DNA of 64,000 nt, taken from assembly GCF_963921235.1 (NCBI RefSeq), contig NC_086108.1, positions 91,762,001 to 91,826,000 of the forward strand. The letters run 5' to 3'. The notes under the pieces are model-generated. The model ran no database searches and had not been told where the DNA came from. It worked only from the letters and a program-made list of their open reading frames with translations. Shown here piece by piece: positions 51,408 to 64,000 of this stretch. Position numbers and translations under genes: made by a program. Source of the stretch: Mobula hypostoma. Lineage: Eukaryota. Every line of letters begins with the position of its first letter. Position 1 is the first letter of the stretch.

Positions 51408-51582
51408 GTGAGTACAGCATGGATTGCGACAATTGCAAGGCAAGGTCATGGTCAGACCTTGTCGCTGTCTCTTTAACTCCATCTTTAGATGCATTCGCAA
51501 ATGTTTCAAAAACATTTTTAGTTTTTATATTGCCCTTTATCTTTAATTGTCTATATTTTCCTGCAAAGATAAGACAACTAAA

Positions 51583-52228
51583 GGGCACCGCTGTAGCATA
51601 GTGGTTAGCCCACTGCTTTAGAATGCCAATACCCACTTATCTAGGTTCAATTCCCGCCACTGTCTATAAGGAGTTTTTATGTTCTCACTGTAAACAAGCA
51701 GGTTTCCTCCAGGTGCCCCGGTTTCCTCCCACATTCCAAAGGATGCATAGTTAGGGTTAGTGAGTTATGCACTGGAAGCGTGGCGACACTTGTGGGCTGT
51801 CCAGCAATCCTCCCTGATTTGATGCAAATTTTAAATTTTTTTTAGAAGTTTATTTTTTTGAGATACAGCGCAGAATAAGCCAATCGAGCCATGCGCCTAG
51901 CAATCCCCAAATTTAACCTAGCCTAAACACGGAGATTTACAATGACCAAATAACGTATCAAACTGTACATCTTTGGACCATGGGAGGAAACTGGAGCACC
52001 TGGAGGAAACCCCGGCAGTCACGGGGAGAATGTACAAACTCCTTAAAGGCAGCAGTGGGAATTGAACCCGAGTTGCCTGAACTGTAAAACATTATGCTAA
52101 TCACTACGTTACCATTCCTTCAGCATTTTGTGAGTATTACTCTGCATTTCCAGCATCTGCAATGCCAAGTACAATAATACATTTCACTGTACGTTTCGAT
52201 GTATTTGTGACAAATAATGCTAATCTTT
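51583..52228 (+). mobile_element. V-SINE with a second, inverted V-SINE (~51845-52115) and a PLE tail nested in it
   Basis: A-box TAGCATAGTGG (51594), B-box GGTTCAATTCC (51644), V-domain GGTTTCCTCCAGGTGCCCCGGTTTCCTCCCACATTCCAAAG; reverse-complement V-domain at ~51970-52045. Confidence 0.8.
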
Positions 52229-53026
52229 AAAAAAAATAATTTCAGGGCGACGAATGGCAATTTTCTACTCTCCCTCCTGCACCTCAAGAGATTTAAGGAT
52301 CAGTCGTAATACCATGCTGGACTTCTACTAATGCTGATAAAATTAAACTGATCCTGAAAGTTCTGGTAATCTCATCCTTCTTACAGTCAAATGGGATAAG
52401 GTCTTGTTGCCTCATGAAAATCAGTCCAGTGATGACAAAAGGACACACCTCAGCAATGTGAATCAATTATGATAGCATAACGCAATAAAGCCTTGTATTT
52501 ACATAAAGCCGTTTACAACCTCAGGACATCTTGAAGCTGTTTACAGACAAACGTTTGAGGCATAGTTACAGACAGAGTGTAACAAACAGATAGCAATTTG
52601 TACACAGCAGACATCCACCAAAACCAATATAATAATGACCAGATAATCTGTGTATTTAGTCAGGGGTAAATATTTGTCCTTCCCTGAGAATCATTAACTC
52701 AGAGGAATTCACGACACAGAAGTGAACCTTTCGGCCCAGTTTCTCAATGCCAGCCCAAAACAACCGGTTTATCCTGCTCTTGCTCTGCAGGTTACAGCTC
52801 TTCAAACTCTTTAGCTGTGGTGAAGGTTTCTGCCTGCACCACACTCTCAGGTTCTGAGTATCAGGACCCTACCTCTCATCGAGTGAATTAACTGTTTCAT
52901 TTCTTCCCTTTAATCCTTTTACCAATTAAAAATCCAATCTCTCTACTTAGGGAAAATGGTCCTTACTGTTTACATAAAAGTTGCTGGTGAACGCAACAGG
53001 CCGGGCAGCATCTCTAGGAAGAGGTG

Positions 53027-53064
53027 CAGTCGACGTTTCAGGCCGAGACCCTTCGTCAGGACTA
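53027..53064 (-). ncRNA. Minimal type I hammerhead ribozyme motif
   Basis: Minus strand: UAGUC-CUGACGA-A-GGGU(CUCG)GCCU-GAAA-CG-UC^GACUG. Stem I UAGUC/GACUG, palindromic ACGU helix III, GUC cleavage triplet. Confidence 0.75.
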
Positions 53065-53502
53065 ACTGAAGGAAGGGTGAGTAAGGGATTTGAAAGTTGG
53101 AGGGGGAGGGGGAGATCCAAAATGATAGGAGAAGACAGGAGGGGGAGGGATGGAGCCAAGAGCTGGACAGGTGATAGGCAAAAGGGGATACGAGAGGATC
53201 ATGGGACAGGAGGTCCGGGAAGAAAGATGGGGGGAGGGGTACCCAGAGGATGGGCAAGGGGTATATTCAGAGGGACAGACTTTTTCTCCCTCTGTCCCTC
53301 TGAATATACCCCTTGCCCATCCTCTGGGTACCCCCCTTGTCTTTCTTCCCAGACCTCCTGTCCCATGATCCTCTCGTATCCCTTTTGCCTATCACCTATC
53401 CAGCTCTTGGCTCCATCCCCCCCCCCCCCCGTCTTCTCCTATCATTTTGGATCTCCCCCTCCCCCTCCAACTTTCAAATCCCTTACTCACTCTTCCTTCA
53501 GT

Positions 53503-53540
53503 TCGTCCTGACGAAGGGTCTCGGCCTGAAACGTCGACTG
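53503..53540 (+). ncRNA. Minimal type I hammerhead ribozyme motif
   Basis: UCGUC-CUGACGA(53508-53514)-AGGGUCUCGGCCU-GAAA-CG-UC^GACUG; predicted cut after 53535; one mismatch in stem I. Confidence 0.7.
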
Positions 53541-54104
53541 CACCTCTTCCTAGAGATGCTGCCCGGTCTGCTGCGTTCACCAGCAACTTTTATGTGTGTT
53601 GCTTGAATTTCCAGCATCTGCAGAATTCCTGTTCCTTACTGTTTACACTGTCTTGGCCTCTGACTATTTTGAAAACTTCATTTAAATGTCTCTTCAATGT
53701 TCCTTTCTCCAGAGAAAAACAAATCCATTGCTTATAACTAACATTCCCCAACTTCAGTAATAAAATCTCTGCATGGTCTCTAGTCCAATTTAGATTGAAC
53801 TATTAGATCTTCTACATTAACCAAAGAGAAAAGATAGGCCTAACATCTAACCTAAAGGACAACTCCTCTGCTAATAAAGTATTGCTATTACATTGACAGA
53901 TCAACTTTGTTTTGTGCTCGTCTGAAGAATGGGGCATTGACACAAGTTTTCTGTCCTGTGGGTGAGATTCTAACCAATGGAGAACTGCCAACTAACGTCC
54001 AGGTCAATTCAACCCAAGGTCAGACCTTGGGTCGAATTGGCCTGGGTAGAATTGCAGCTGTCAGATATTCATCACGCAATTTGTTTCAGACTGTTGTACA
54101 CCCT

Positions 54105-55050
54105 CAAAGTTCAAAGTAAATTTATTATCCAAGTGCATATATTTCATCATATGCAACCCTGAGAATAATTTTCTTGTGAAAAGTCACAGCAAATACAGTA
54201 CAAGAAACACAATAGAATCGATGAAGGAAAGGCCAAACAACCTATGTGCAAAATATGACAAACTGTGCAAATATAAAAAGAAAGTAAATAAGAAATAATA
54301 ATAGTAAATAAATGCATATCAAGAACATGGGATGAAGAGTCCTTGAGAGAGAGAGTCGAGAGGTTCAGTGATGGGCAAGTGAATTTATCCCCTGTAGTTC
54401 AAGACCCTGATGGTTGAGGGGTAATAACCATTCCTGAACTAGGTGGTGTAGGTCTTGAGACTCCTGTGCCTTCTTCCTGATGGCAGCAGTGAAGAGAGAG
54501 CATGGTCTGTATGGTGGGGGCTCTTGATGATGGATGCTGCTTTCTTGTGACAGTGTTCCAAGTAGATGTGCTCTGTGGTGGGGAGTGCTTTACCTGTGAT
54601 AGACTGGGCCATATCCTTTACTTTTTGTAGCATCTTCTGTTCAAGGGCACTGGTGTTTCCATACTAGACTGCGATCCAACCCACCACACATCTACAGAAG
54701 GTTGTCAAAGTTTAGATGACATGCCAAATCTTCACAAACTTCAAGGAAAGTAGAGGCACTGCTGTGCTTTCTTTGTAATGGCATTTACTGCTGGACCCAG
54801 GACAGATCATAGCACTGAGGAATACAAATCTGCTGTCCCTCTCCACCTCTGATTCCCTGATGAGGATTGGCTCACAGACTTCCAGTTTCCTTCTCCTTGG
54901 TCTTGCTGACATTGAGTGAGAGTTTATTGCTGTGGCAACACTCTGACAGGTTTTCAGTCTCCTTCCTATTTGCTGATTTGTCACCACCTTTGGATTCGGC
55001 CAATGACAGTGACGCTGTCAGCAAACTTACATATGTCAAATGAATGCGGA
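54105..55050 (-). mobile_element. Old Rex1/Babar-type LINE 3' fragment
   Basis: Minus ORFs contain CKFADSVTVIGRI, LSLNVSKTKE, KKAASIIKSPHHTDHALSSLLPSGRRHRSLK. Confidence 0.75.
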
Positions 55051-57864
55051 AACCCAGAACAGTACCAAAGTCTGGTGGCACCATTGCTGATTTCATACTC
55101 TGCTCTCCAGTTCAGTGGTGGAGCACTAATGTATTTATTGATTGATCCTATCCTTACAGATTTAGTCCAGGACTGACTAATAAACAAATGGCTACCCCAT
55201 TGTGATGAATGGTGTCACCAACCCGATAGAAAAAGTAGGCAAATGTTAAGATCATTCATATTAGCTCAGATTTTCTCTTTTCATAGATGCTGATTTCCCT
55301 GCTGAGTATTTCCATTTCCAGCATCTGTACCTGAAAGTGTCAGTGTTTTTTCCTCTCTCATTCATCTCCCTTTACTTACACTCCTCCCGACTGTCTCAGA
55401 TTACACCTGGACATTTATAGTCCCCACCCAATCACTGGCATTCCCTCTGCTCTCTTTACGCCTCTCTGCAGTTTAACGTACACTGGTTTCCTCACTTCTT
55501 CAGAGTCGATGAAAATTTATTGACACAAAGTATCAATTGAAAATTGCCAAGTAAAAACTAAGTTCCTGAAAACCCTCATCTGTTGGGGCTGCATCTGTAA
55601 ATTATAAAACAGAATTAACCATTTAGTTCAATCTCCTTTTATTTCCACTCTTTCCCAATTCTCAAAAAGGAACTTTGATTTGAAGCATTAACTCTGTTTC
55701 TCTTTCCACAAATGCTGCCTGACCTGTTGAGTATTTCTGGCATTCTCTGTTTTTATTCCAGAATTTGCAGCTCTTTGATTTTAAAATGTAAGGATTGGAA
55801 TTATTTTGCTTTATTTCACTTCAACATTTTCCAGTGTTTTTAATACCTCATAAGTGTTTATGGGCCGGACCTGCCTCTCAGTTTTTTTACACTACCTTAC
55901 TTCCCATTTTTCTATTTTCTATTTATGATTTATAATTTAAATTTTTAATATTTACTAATTTTAACTATTTTTACTATCTTTAATATTTAATATTTGTAAG
56001 CCAGGGAGTGTGAAGCGCAGAATTAAATATCGCTGTGATGATTGTATGTTCTAGTACCAATTGTTTGGTGACAATAAAGTATAAAGTATAAAATAATTTC
56101 TGAAATTATTTAAATTGAACAATCTTTAATAGTCTCTAAGTATCAGTGATATTTTGAAATGTTTACAAAGTCTTCAACAGCAAAGAGTATTCTGAGATGT
56201 ATGGTGGATTACATTCTGACTGGTTGCATTACAGCCTGGTATGGAGCCTTTAATGAACAAAATCATAAGAGGCTGCAGAGGCTTATTGACTCGGCCAATT
56301 CCATCATAAGCACAACTTTCCCTACATGAGGTAATTTTCAAGAGGTGGTGGCTCAACAAAGTGACAGCCACCATTAAAGACCCTCAGTATCTGGGGAACA
56401 CCCTCAAATCATTACTACCATCGAGGAAGAGGTACAGGAGCCTGAAGACCCACCCTCAATGATTTAAGCACAGCCTCTTCCCCTCTGCCATCATATCATG
56501 ATCCACGAACCCATGAACAGTACCTCATTATTGGACTTTTAATTTTACTTATTGTTCTAAAACAAATTTCATGACATATGTCAGTGGTAATAAACCTGAT
56601 TCTGATAGTTACTTCTTGGAGCTCAGACCACCTTCTGGGTCCCCCTAGTGTGTAGGGGGTCAATCCACTGGGTCCTCTGCATTTGTAAAAGATAAACATG
56701 GACACACAGGCACTGTGAATAGCTAGTCCAGGGAGCATTGTCATTTGGCCGTAAACAATAGAGAAAAAAAGTAAACTAGCACTTTAGAACAAATTCACGT
56801 TAAAAAGATTAAAATTTGAAAAATTCTTAATATTTATTTCTTGGTTTAAATACAGATATTCTTCACCACATCAAAATAAGTGACTGCAGACCACATAATA
56901 GTTCAAGATCCATCTGCATTTCAGCCCAGTAACTCAGGCATCATATGGATAGCATCGTTAAAGTAGTCAGCATCTGTTCAGTCGACACAGCTCTGCAGGG
57001 TTAGAGCAGTCACAGTGTGATACCATGTCAGGGTCAGTAATATAAATCCACTCGGATTAGCCCACTGTCATTCTGTTCCTCATGCAGCAGGAAGGCTAGG
57101 ACTTGTGCCACAATCATGCTGAGAGGATAGTCTTCTTTGCTATGAGGGTGCACCAGTGACTGCTGTGAAACCTCAATTCTCATATGTGTAATTAGGATCT
57201 AGTTATGTTAATTTCAATTAAAAATGCAGATTTTATAAGGGTCTAATCAACATGGAACTAATGGGATTTAGATTCCTCAGGTTGTGGCATTTTGCATTCA
57301 GGCTGTTAGTAAGTATTCTGCATTGATACAATGTTTTCAATTTCATTTTCATGCCTGGCAGTCTCATCTCATCTTGAAGTCTTTATCCATTACATTAAAT
57401 CTTAACCAAAATTGACATATATTTATATGGAATGCACTAACATATCATAGTTATGGAGGAAGCAAACTGAAAGATGCATTCTGTGTTTTTACAGATGCAG
57501 AGCCATGTTATGACAGAATTGGTGACGATTATATTGATGTCAATCATATCTTTTCTGCTGGATGGCCAAACATCAAAAAACCCAGGATTTAGATGTTTGT
57601 GGGATAAATGATTATTTAAGGAGCAACGTTTTCGAATCCCTTGCTTTTGAAGAGTTATCAGTGTTTTGTTTGTTTGAAGTGGTCAGCAAATATAAACCCT
57701 TTCTGCTCTCAAAGCAGACTGAAGCAAGAGGCAGGCCTTTTACATCTGTCCAAGGCTTTAGGGGAATTTTGGAGGTGACTGGGGTTCCTTTGCACTCTCC
57801 TTGAGGCTCCGCCACATTCAGGCAATGCCAGAAGAGTCAGAATGCTCCAAGCAGCAAAATAGAG

Positions 57865-58480
57865 TCGGAATCTGGTCTAGTATCACTGACAGATGTCATG
57901 AAATATGTTGTTTTGCGGCAGTAGCACAGTACATTACATAAAAATTACTACAAGTTACAACATTAATGATAATAAATAAAGGCAGAATTAATAGGTTCAC
58001 GATGTTCATGGGCGGCTCAGAAATCGGATGGTGGAGGGGAAGAAATATTGAGTGTGGGTCTTCAGGCTCCTGTATCTCCTCCCCAGTGGCAGTAATGAGA
58101 AGAGGGCATGTCCCAGATGACGAGGGTCTTTGAAGGTAGCTGTCATCTTGTTAAGGCACCATCTCTTGATGATGGGGAGGGGTGTGACTGTGATGGGGCT
58201 GGCTGAGTTGATAAGCCTCTGCAGCCTCTTGCAAACCTGTGCATTGAAACCTCTATGGAGGCTGACCTCTAAATGAACACTGATGCATGTTCTCCTGACT
58301 TCCCCTTCCTGAAGTCCACAATCAATTCCTTAGTCTTGCTGAAGTTAAACGCAAGGTTGTGGTTGTGACACCACTTAACCAACCAATTGATCTCACTCTG
58401 TACAACTGCTCATCACCACCTAAGATTCTGCCAACAACAATGGTGTCATCGGTTAATTTATAGATGCCGTCGAGCTGCGC
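57865..58480 (-). mobile_element. Old Rex1/Babar-type LINE fragment
   Basis: YKLTDDTIVVGRILGGDEQLYR and decayed HALFSLLPLGRRYRSLKTH on the minus strand. Confidence 0.7.
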
Positions 58481-60887
58481 ACAATCACGAGCGTCCCTAA
58501 TGGGGCCAAGTATGGAGTGACTCTGGGTGATGTCTATCTCATTGACTTTGGCAATGTTATAATAGAGTATCCTGTACCTTGAACTCCAGAATTGGTACAA
58601 GGACGGGAAGCTTGGAACTATTGTTTGGATAGGTAAGGGGAGAGGAGTGAAACAGCTTGGATATGTTAACCAACATTTTCAGAAACCAACAGCAAGATTG
58701 GAAGCAGCAATGTAGTGAGTGGTAGGAGCTGAAAAGAGGAGCCAGTAAAGGAGTGAGTGAAGTATAGCAAGTTTAGTGTAGGGAAATAGATAAAGGATAA
58801 AGTGATAAAGTGAGGGGTGTAGTGTGGCAAAAGGACACAAAATGAGGGCAAGAAGAATCAAGGATTCAATGGTTCAGAGAATGTATACAGTATACAACCT
58901 GAAATTCTTACTTTTCACGGACATCCACAAAACAGAAGGAAAACTCCAAAGAATGAATGACGGAGAAATGTTTGAACCCTAAAGCCCTCCTTTCTTGCCT
59001 CCCACAGACAAGCAGCAGTAAAAGCATCAACGTGAGAAGAAGAGAATTAAACTTTCGCAGATGAACTGGAAGAAGTTGCTTTGATGCGGAAAAACCTCTG
59101 GCGCCGTCTTCAGTTCCTCCCGTTCCATTCTAGATTCTTTTCTAATGAAAGGCTAGTTGTCAGCCCCTATAGTTTCCATTAGTTATGAATGGAATTCAAG
59201 ATCCTCTCACCTCTGGTTTTTCCCATCATTCCTTTCTTTTACTTCAGTTAGCCAACCCCCAGATCTCAGTCTCTCTTCTTCACCTGACTGCCTCCTAAAT
59301 CAACTGACACCTGTCAGCCCAAAATCACAGGTAAAATCAGAATAGAGCAACTAATGGGACTTGTGAAAGATAAATCTTCAGGACTTGCCTGGTGTACAGT
59401 CAAGTATTAATAGAAGTGGGACTGGAAAATTGCAGAGGCATCAGCTATAATCTTCCAAGGCTCTCTTGTTCTGGGAATTGTGCTGTTAGAGGAGAAAATT
59501 ACGGATGCCAGCACATTTCTCCAGAAGGGTGGGAAAGAATAAAAGTAGGTAACTACAAGGCCGCCAGTTTAACAAGGAAGCTATGAAAATGCCACTGGAG
59601 ATAGAGTGACTGAGTACTTAAAACATGTTTAATCAGAAAAACCAGTGTAGCTTTCCTAAGAGTGAAGACTGAATTCCTCACTTCTAAGAATCTATTTTTC
59701 TGAGCATGTACTTCTTCTTAAGGTAAGATTCTGTATCCAGTTGACAACATCCACAATTTTGCACAGGGGCCATTCTCTGTTTATAGACCAACCAGTTATA
59801 TATCACACATGGCTGAGAATATTATTCAAAACAACCATCTGATCATTGATTTTTGCTTTACCAGAATTATTGTACCATACCAGTAAACTATCAGTAGTGA
59901 AACACGCATTGAGAAGTCACCAGGCGCTAGTGTCTGTTTACGATATGCTCATGTAGATTGAAGCAGACGCATGGCATTTTCACAGTGAATTCTCTGTCTG
60001 GCTCTGCTACTGCAGATCCTGTCAATACATGTTGGAAAACTCAGATGTGAATTGGACAAACATATGAATGTGCACAGCTCCATGCCTTTTTTCTCTGTCT
60101 GAAATTAGTTTGAGATGAAATGCCAGCTCCCTGCCCTATTGAAAGGTGCTGTATTTTCAAGGTCCTGTTTGTCTGCTCGGTTGAATGTTATAAGTCCTTC
60201 AGGAAGATAGTATTCTGAAGGCTCAGGTCAACAATGCCACATGCTTTGGTTTATCCAATCTGCCTCTGCAAAGATATCCCCAGCCTCTTTGTTTGGTGTC
60301 TAGTTAATTTCTGCTCGGGAAGAAAGCCTTTACAATTTGATTTTCCTGCTCTAGAAATGTATAATATATTATTCCTTTATATAATGATCTTGTGTTTTTT
60401 TAAATATGTGAAAGTTTCAAAAGAGAAGTTAATTATTCAGTCTTTGTCAACACGTACTCTCAACACAAGTAAATTCACCCACCCAGCTCCCTGATTCATT
60501 TGCCAAATAGTGTGGCGAAGGATACAAACGGTTCACAGGTTAAGGTCCTGAACTGGGACTAAGCAAATTTTGGAGCCATTAGTCAGGAGTAAATGGGGAG
60601 AGATTAGTTGCAAGGAAAGTAACATCTGCTAAGGGTCCAGGGTCTGCATGCTCCTGTTGGGGTAATGGCAGATTTCAGGGACCCTTGTTGATGAGAGATA
60701 TTGAGGCCCTTGTCAGATATTTGAGATAAAAAGAGGGAAACATGCACTGTGCATAAGCATTTGGGAACTAGAGAATCTCCGATTGACAAGAAATAAAGGA
60801 GTGCACTTAAGAGAGAAGTCAGGAAAGCAAAAGGAGGATATGACACTGATCTGGCAGGCAGGGTTGGTAAAATCCGAAGAGGTTCTA

Positions 60888-61866
60888 GTCATAGTCATAC
60901 TTTATTGATCCCGGGGGAAATTGGTTTTCGTTACAGTTGCACCATAAATAATAAATAGTAATAAAACCATAAATAGTTAAATAGTAATATGTAAATTATG
61001 CCAGTAAATTATGAAATAAGTCCAGGACCAGCCTATTGGCTCAGGGTATCTGACCCTCCAAGGGAGGAGTTATAAAGTTTGATGGCCACAGGCAGGAATG
61101 ACTTCTTATGACGCTCTGTGTTGCATCTCGGTGGAATAAGTCTCTGGCTGAATGTACTCCTGTGCCCAACCAGTACATTATGTAGTGGATGGGAGACATT
61201 GTCCAAGATAGCATGCAACTTGGACAGCATCCTCTTATCAGACACCACCGTCAGAGAGTCCAGTTCCATCCCCACAACATCACTGGCCTTACGAATGAGT
61301 TTGTTGATTCTGTTGGTGTCTGCTACCCTCAACCTGCTGCCCCAGCACACAACAGCAAACATGATAGCACTGGCCACCACAGACTCGTAGAACATCCTCA
61401 GCATCATCCGACAGATGTTAAAGGACTTCAGTCTCCTCAGGAAATAGAGATGGCTCTGACCCTTGTAGACGGCCTCAGTGTTCTTTGACCAGTCCAGTTT
61501 ATTGTCAACTCGTATCCCTAGGTATTTGTAATCCTCCACCATGTCCACACTGACCCCCTGGATAGAAACAGGGGTCACCGGTACCTTAGCTCTCCTCAGG
61601 TCTACCACCAGCTCCTTAGTCTTTTTCACATTAAGCTGCAGATAATTCTGCTCACACCATGTGACAAGGTTTCCTACCGTAGCCCTGTACTCAGCCTCAT
61701 CTCCCTTGCTGATGCATCCAACTATGGCAGAGTCATCCGAAAACTTCTGAAGATGACAAGGCTCTGTGCAGTAGTTGAAGTCCGAGGTGTAAATGATGAA
61801 GAGAAAGGGAGACAAGACAGTCCCCTGTGGAGCCCCAGTGCTGCTGATCACTCTGTCGAACACACA
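60888..61866 (-). mobile_element. Young 5'-truncated Rex1/Babar LINE with open RT C-terminal ORF (61033-61863)
   Basis: STGAPQGTVLSPFLF, QKFSDDSAIVG, LQLNVKKTKELVVD, YKYLG, SFLPVAIKLYN; AATAAA and (TATGAC)n tail; TTCTA at both flanks. Confidence 0.92.
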
Positions 61867-63128
61867 TTCTATATTCTATAGATAAATTAAGAGTCAAAGG
61901 AGGGATAAGGTGAGAATAGTCCTCTCAAAGACCAACATGGCCATCTGCATTTAGAACCAAAAGAAATGGGAGAGATTTTTCACGAAAATTTCTCTCCTGT
62001 GTGGAGAAAATGATGGAAACTGGGGAGAAAATGGGGGAAATGAAAGGTGAAGTCTTTCACCACATACGGACTAGCAAGGAGGAGGTTTTAGAAGCTGTAA
62101 AGTGGACAAATCCTTAGGGCCAGACCTAGTGCATTCTCAGACCTTGTTAAAAGCTAAATAAGAAATGGCAGAGGCCCTTACAGAGCTTTTTGCTCCATAG
62201 GTGAGGCTTTGGAAGACTGAAGAGTGGCTAATGTGCTGCCATTGCTTTAAAAGTGTTGCAAAACCAGGCTAGGAAATTACAAGCAGTGAATCTAACATCG
62301 ATGGCAGGTAATTTACAGGAGTGGATTCTGCAAGACAGGATTTACCATCAGTTGGAGAGAGAGAATCCAATTCATGACAGTCAGCTTGATATGCACGGGA
62401 AGTTGTCTCTGGCAAATCTCTTGGAGTTCTTTGAGGAAGTAACTAAGAAACTAGACAAGGGCAAGGCATTGGATATTGTCAATAAGTACTTTGGAAGGGC
62501 CTTTAATTAGGTCTCTCTTGTAGGCTAGAAGGTTAAATTGCATAAGATCCGGGGAGATAGCGGACTGGATTCGTAAGTAGCTTAATAGTGGGAAGCGGAG
62601 GATGATGGTTGAGGAGAGCCACTGTGGTCAGTGCTGGTACCTTTGATTCAAGGCATGGTTAGCACATTTGCGGATGTTACTAAAATAGGCGATGTTGTTG
62701 ACAGTGTAGAAGGTTATGAAAAATCACAGGGGGATATTGATCAGCTAAGTACGTACGCAGTGAACATACAAACTCCTTACAGACAGTAGTGGGAATTTAA
62801 CCTCGATCACTGACACTGTAAAGTGGTATGCTAACCACCACGCTACCATGCCACCTTAGGACCTAAGGTCTAGATCGAGGAATGCAAGTGCATAATTCAC
62901 TGAAAGCAGCATCACAAGTAGATGGGATGATGAAGAAGTCATTCCGTATGCTGGTCTTCATCAGTCAAGGTCATGAGTTTAGGCTTTCAGTTCAGATAAA
63001 TGTGAGGTTTGCATTTTGGGATATTAATCCAGGTTAGTACTTGTACAGTGAATGGTAGGGCACTGGGGAGAATTATGGAAACGATAAAATAGAGTAGCTT
63101 TATTTGTCACATCTTTTCGAAACATGCA

Positions 63129-63432
63129 GTCATAGTCATACTTTATTGATCCCAGGGGAAATTGGTTTTCATTACAGTTGCACCATAAATAATTAAATAG
63201 TAATAAAACCATAAATAGTTAAATAGTAATATGTAAATTATGCCAGGAAATAAGTCCAGGACCAGCCTATTGGCTCAGGGTGTCTGACCCTCCAAGGGAG
63301 GAGTTGTAAAGTTTGATGGCCACAGGCAGGAATAACTTCCTATGACACTCTGTGCTGCATCTCGGTGGAATGAGTCTCTGGCTGAATGTACTCCTGTGTC
63401 CATCCAGTACATTATGTAGTGGATGAGAGACA
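63129..63432 (-). mobile_element. Short Rex1/Babar 3' fragment (same family as 60888-61866) nested in a minus-strand V-SINE (~63090-63683)
   Basis: Near-identical to 60890-61200; V-SINE sequence flanks both sides. Confidence 0.9.
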
Positions 63433-64000
63433 TCATTTGTGATACATAGTGAGATACATCATTTTGGGTCAATGACCAACACAGTCCAAGGATGCGCCGG
63501 AGGCAGCCTACAAGTGTTGCCACGCTTCCAGCACCCACACAGCAAGCCCACAACTTACTAAACCATGTGAGCATCTGGAGGAAACCCATGTGATCAAGGG
63601 GAGAACATACGAACTCCTTACAGACAGTAGTGGGAATTTAACCTCGATCACTGACACTGTAAGTGTTATGCTAACCACTATGCAGGACCTAAGGTCTAGA
63701 TCTAGGAATGCAAGTGCATAATTCACTGAAAGCAGCATCACAAGTAGATGGGATGACGAAGAAGTCACTAGGTACGCTGGTCTTCATCAGTCAAGGTCCT
63801 GAGTTCAGGAGTTAAATTGGAGGTGAGGCCACACTTGACTTATCGTTTACAGTTTTAGTCACCCTGTTAAAAGAAAGATGTTTTTAAACTACAAAGAGTG
63901 CAGAAAAGATTTACCAGGATGTCACCTGAACTTGGTGGCCCGAATCGCAAGGAGAAGCAGCAGAGACCAAGAGTTTATTCCCTGGAATGTTAGAGACTGA

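Larger units (their letters stand above)
52972..53632 (+). mobile_element. Young Penelope-derived hairpin insertion (two inverted pseudo-LTR copies + 3' tail) with 15-bp TSD
   Basis: Arms 52972-53279 and 53291-53595 are near-perfect reverse complements, 11-nt spacer, unpaired tail 53596-53632; TCCTTACTGTTTACA at 52960-52974 and 53633-53647. Confidence 0.9.
60600..64000 (+). mobile_element. Old CR1 ORF2 remnant hosting two Rex1 insertions, a V-SINE and a local duplication; runs off the window end
   Basis: Fragments such as SLANLLEFFEEVTKKLDKGKALDIV, FADVTKIG, VRPHLTYRLQF in correct order between insertions. Confidence 0.7.

Noticed and set aside
51583..51660. tRNA gene
   Set aside because: A/B boxes run straight into a V-domain: a SINE head, with no clean cloverleaf.
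52972..53595. Hairpin as a fold-back assembly artefact or a DNA-transposon MITE
   Set aside because: Arms differ at several sites, there is a one-sided tail and a 15-bp TSD, and the sequence matches a PLE terminus at 47575-48170.
52947..53737. Several overlapping 64-176 aa ORFs on both strands
   Set aside because: By-products of the purine/pyrimidine-skewed palindrome; mirror-image peptides, no domain.
1..64000. CRISPR arrays, operons, rRNA or other prokaryotic/viral systems
   Set aside because: No regularly spaced repeats, no gene-dense coding sequence; all long ORFs are retrotransposon-derived.

Overview
Eukaryotic vertebrate genomic DNA, AT-rich and dominated by transposable elements. 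The repeat mix (CR1 LINEs, V-SINE/HE1-type SINEs, Rex1/Babar, L1, Penelope-like elements) suggests a cartilaginous fish, probably a ray; that assignment is inference. Most likely a large intron or intergenic region. There is no recognisable host gene, only 1-3 isolated exon candidates (best 51276-51407, +) and several repeat-free AT-rich blocks that may be conserved non-coding elements. Main elements: a young, near full-length CR1 (~39580-43706) with an intact zinc-finger/SGNH-esterase ORF1 and a lesioned APE-RT ORF2; two truncated siblings; many older CR1 fragments; an endonuclease-less L1 nested in Rex1 nested in CR1; an internally deleted Rex1; solo LTRs; a Tc1 derivative; and Penelope-like remnants. 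Two observations stand out. (1) A classical -1 frameshift heptamer U_UUA_AAC sits exactly at the CR1 ORF1 stop and leads into the ORF2 frame. (2) TSD-flanked hairpin insertions built from inverted Penelope pseudo-LTRs carry minimal hammerhead ribozyme motifs. All calls are by eye; boundaries of old repeats are approximate.
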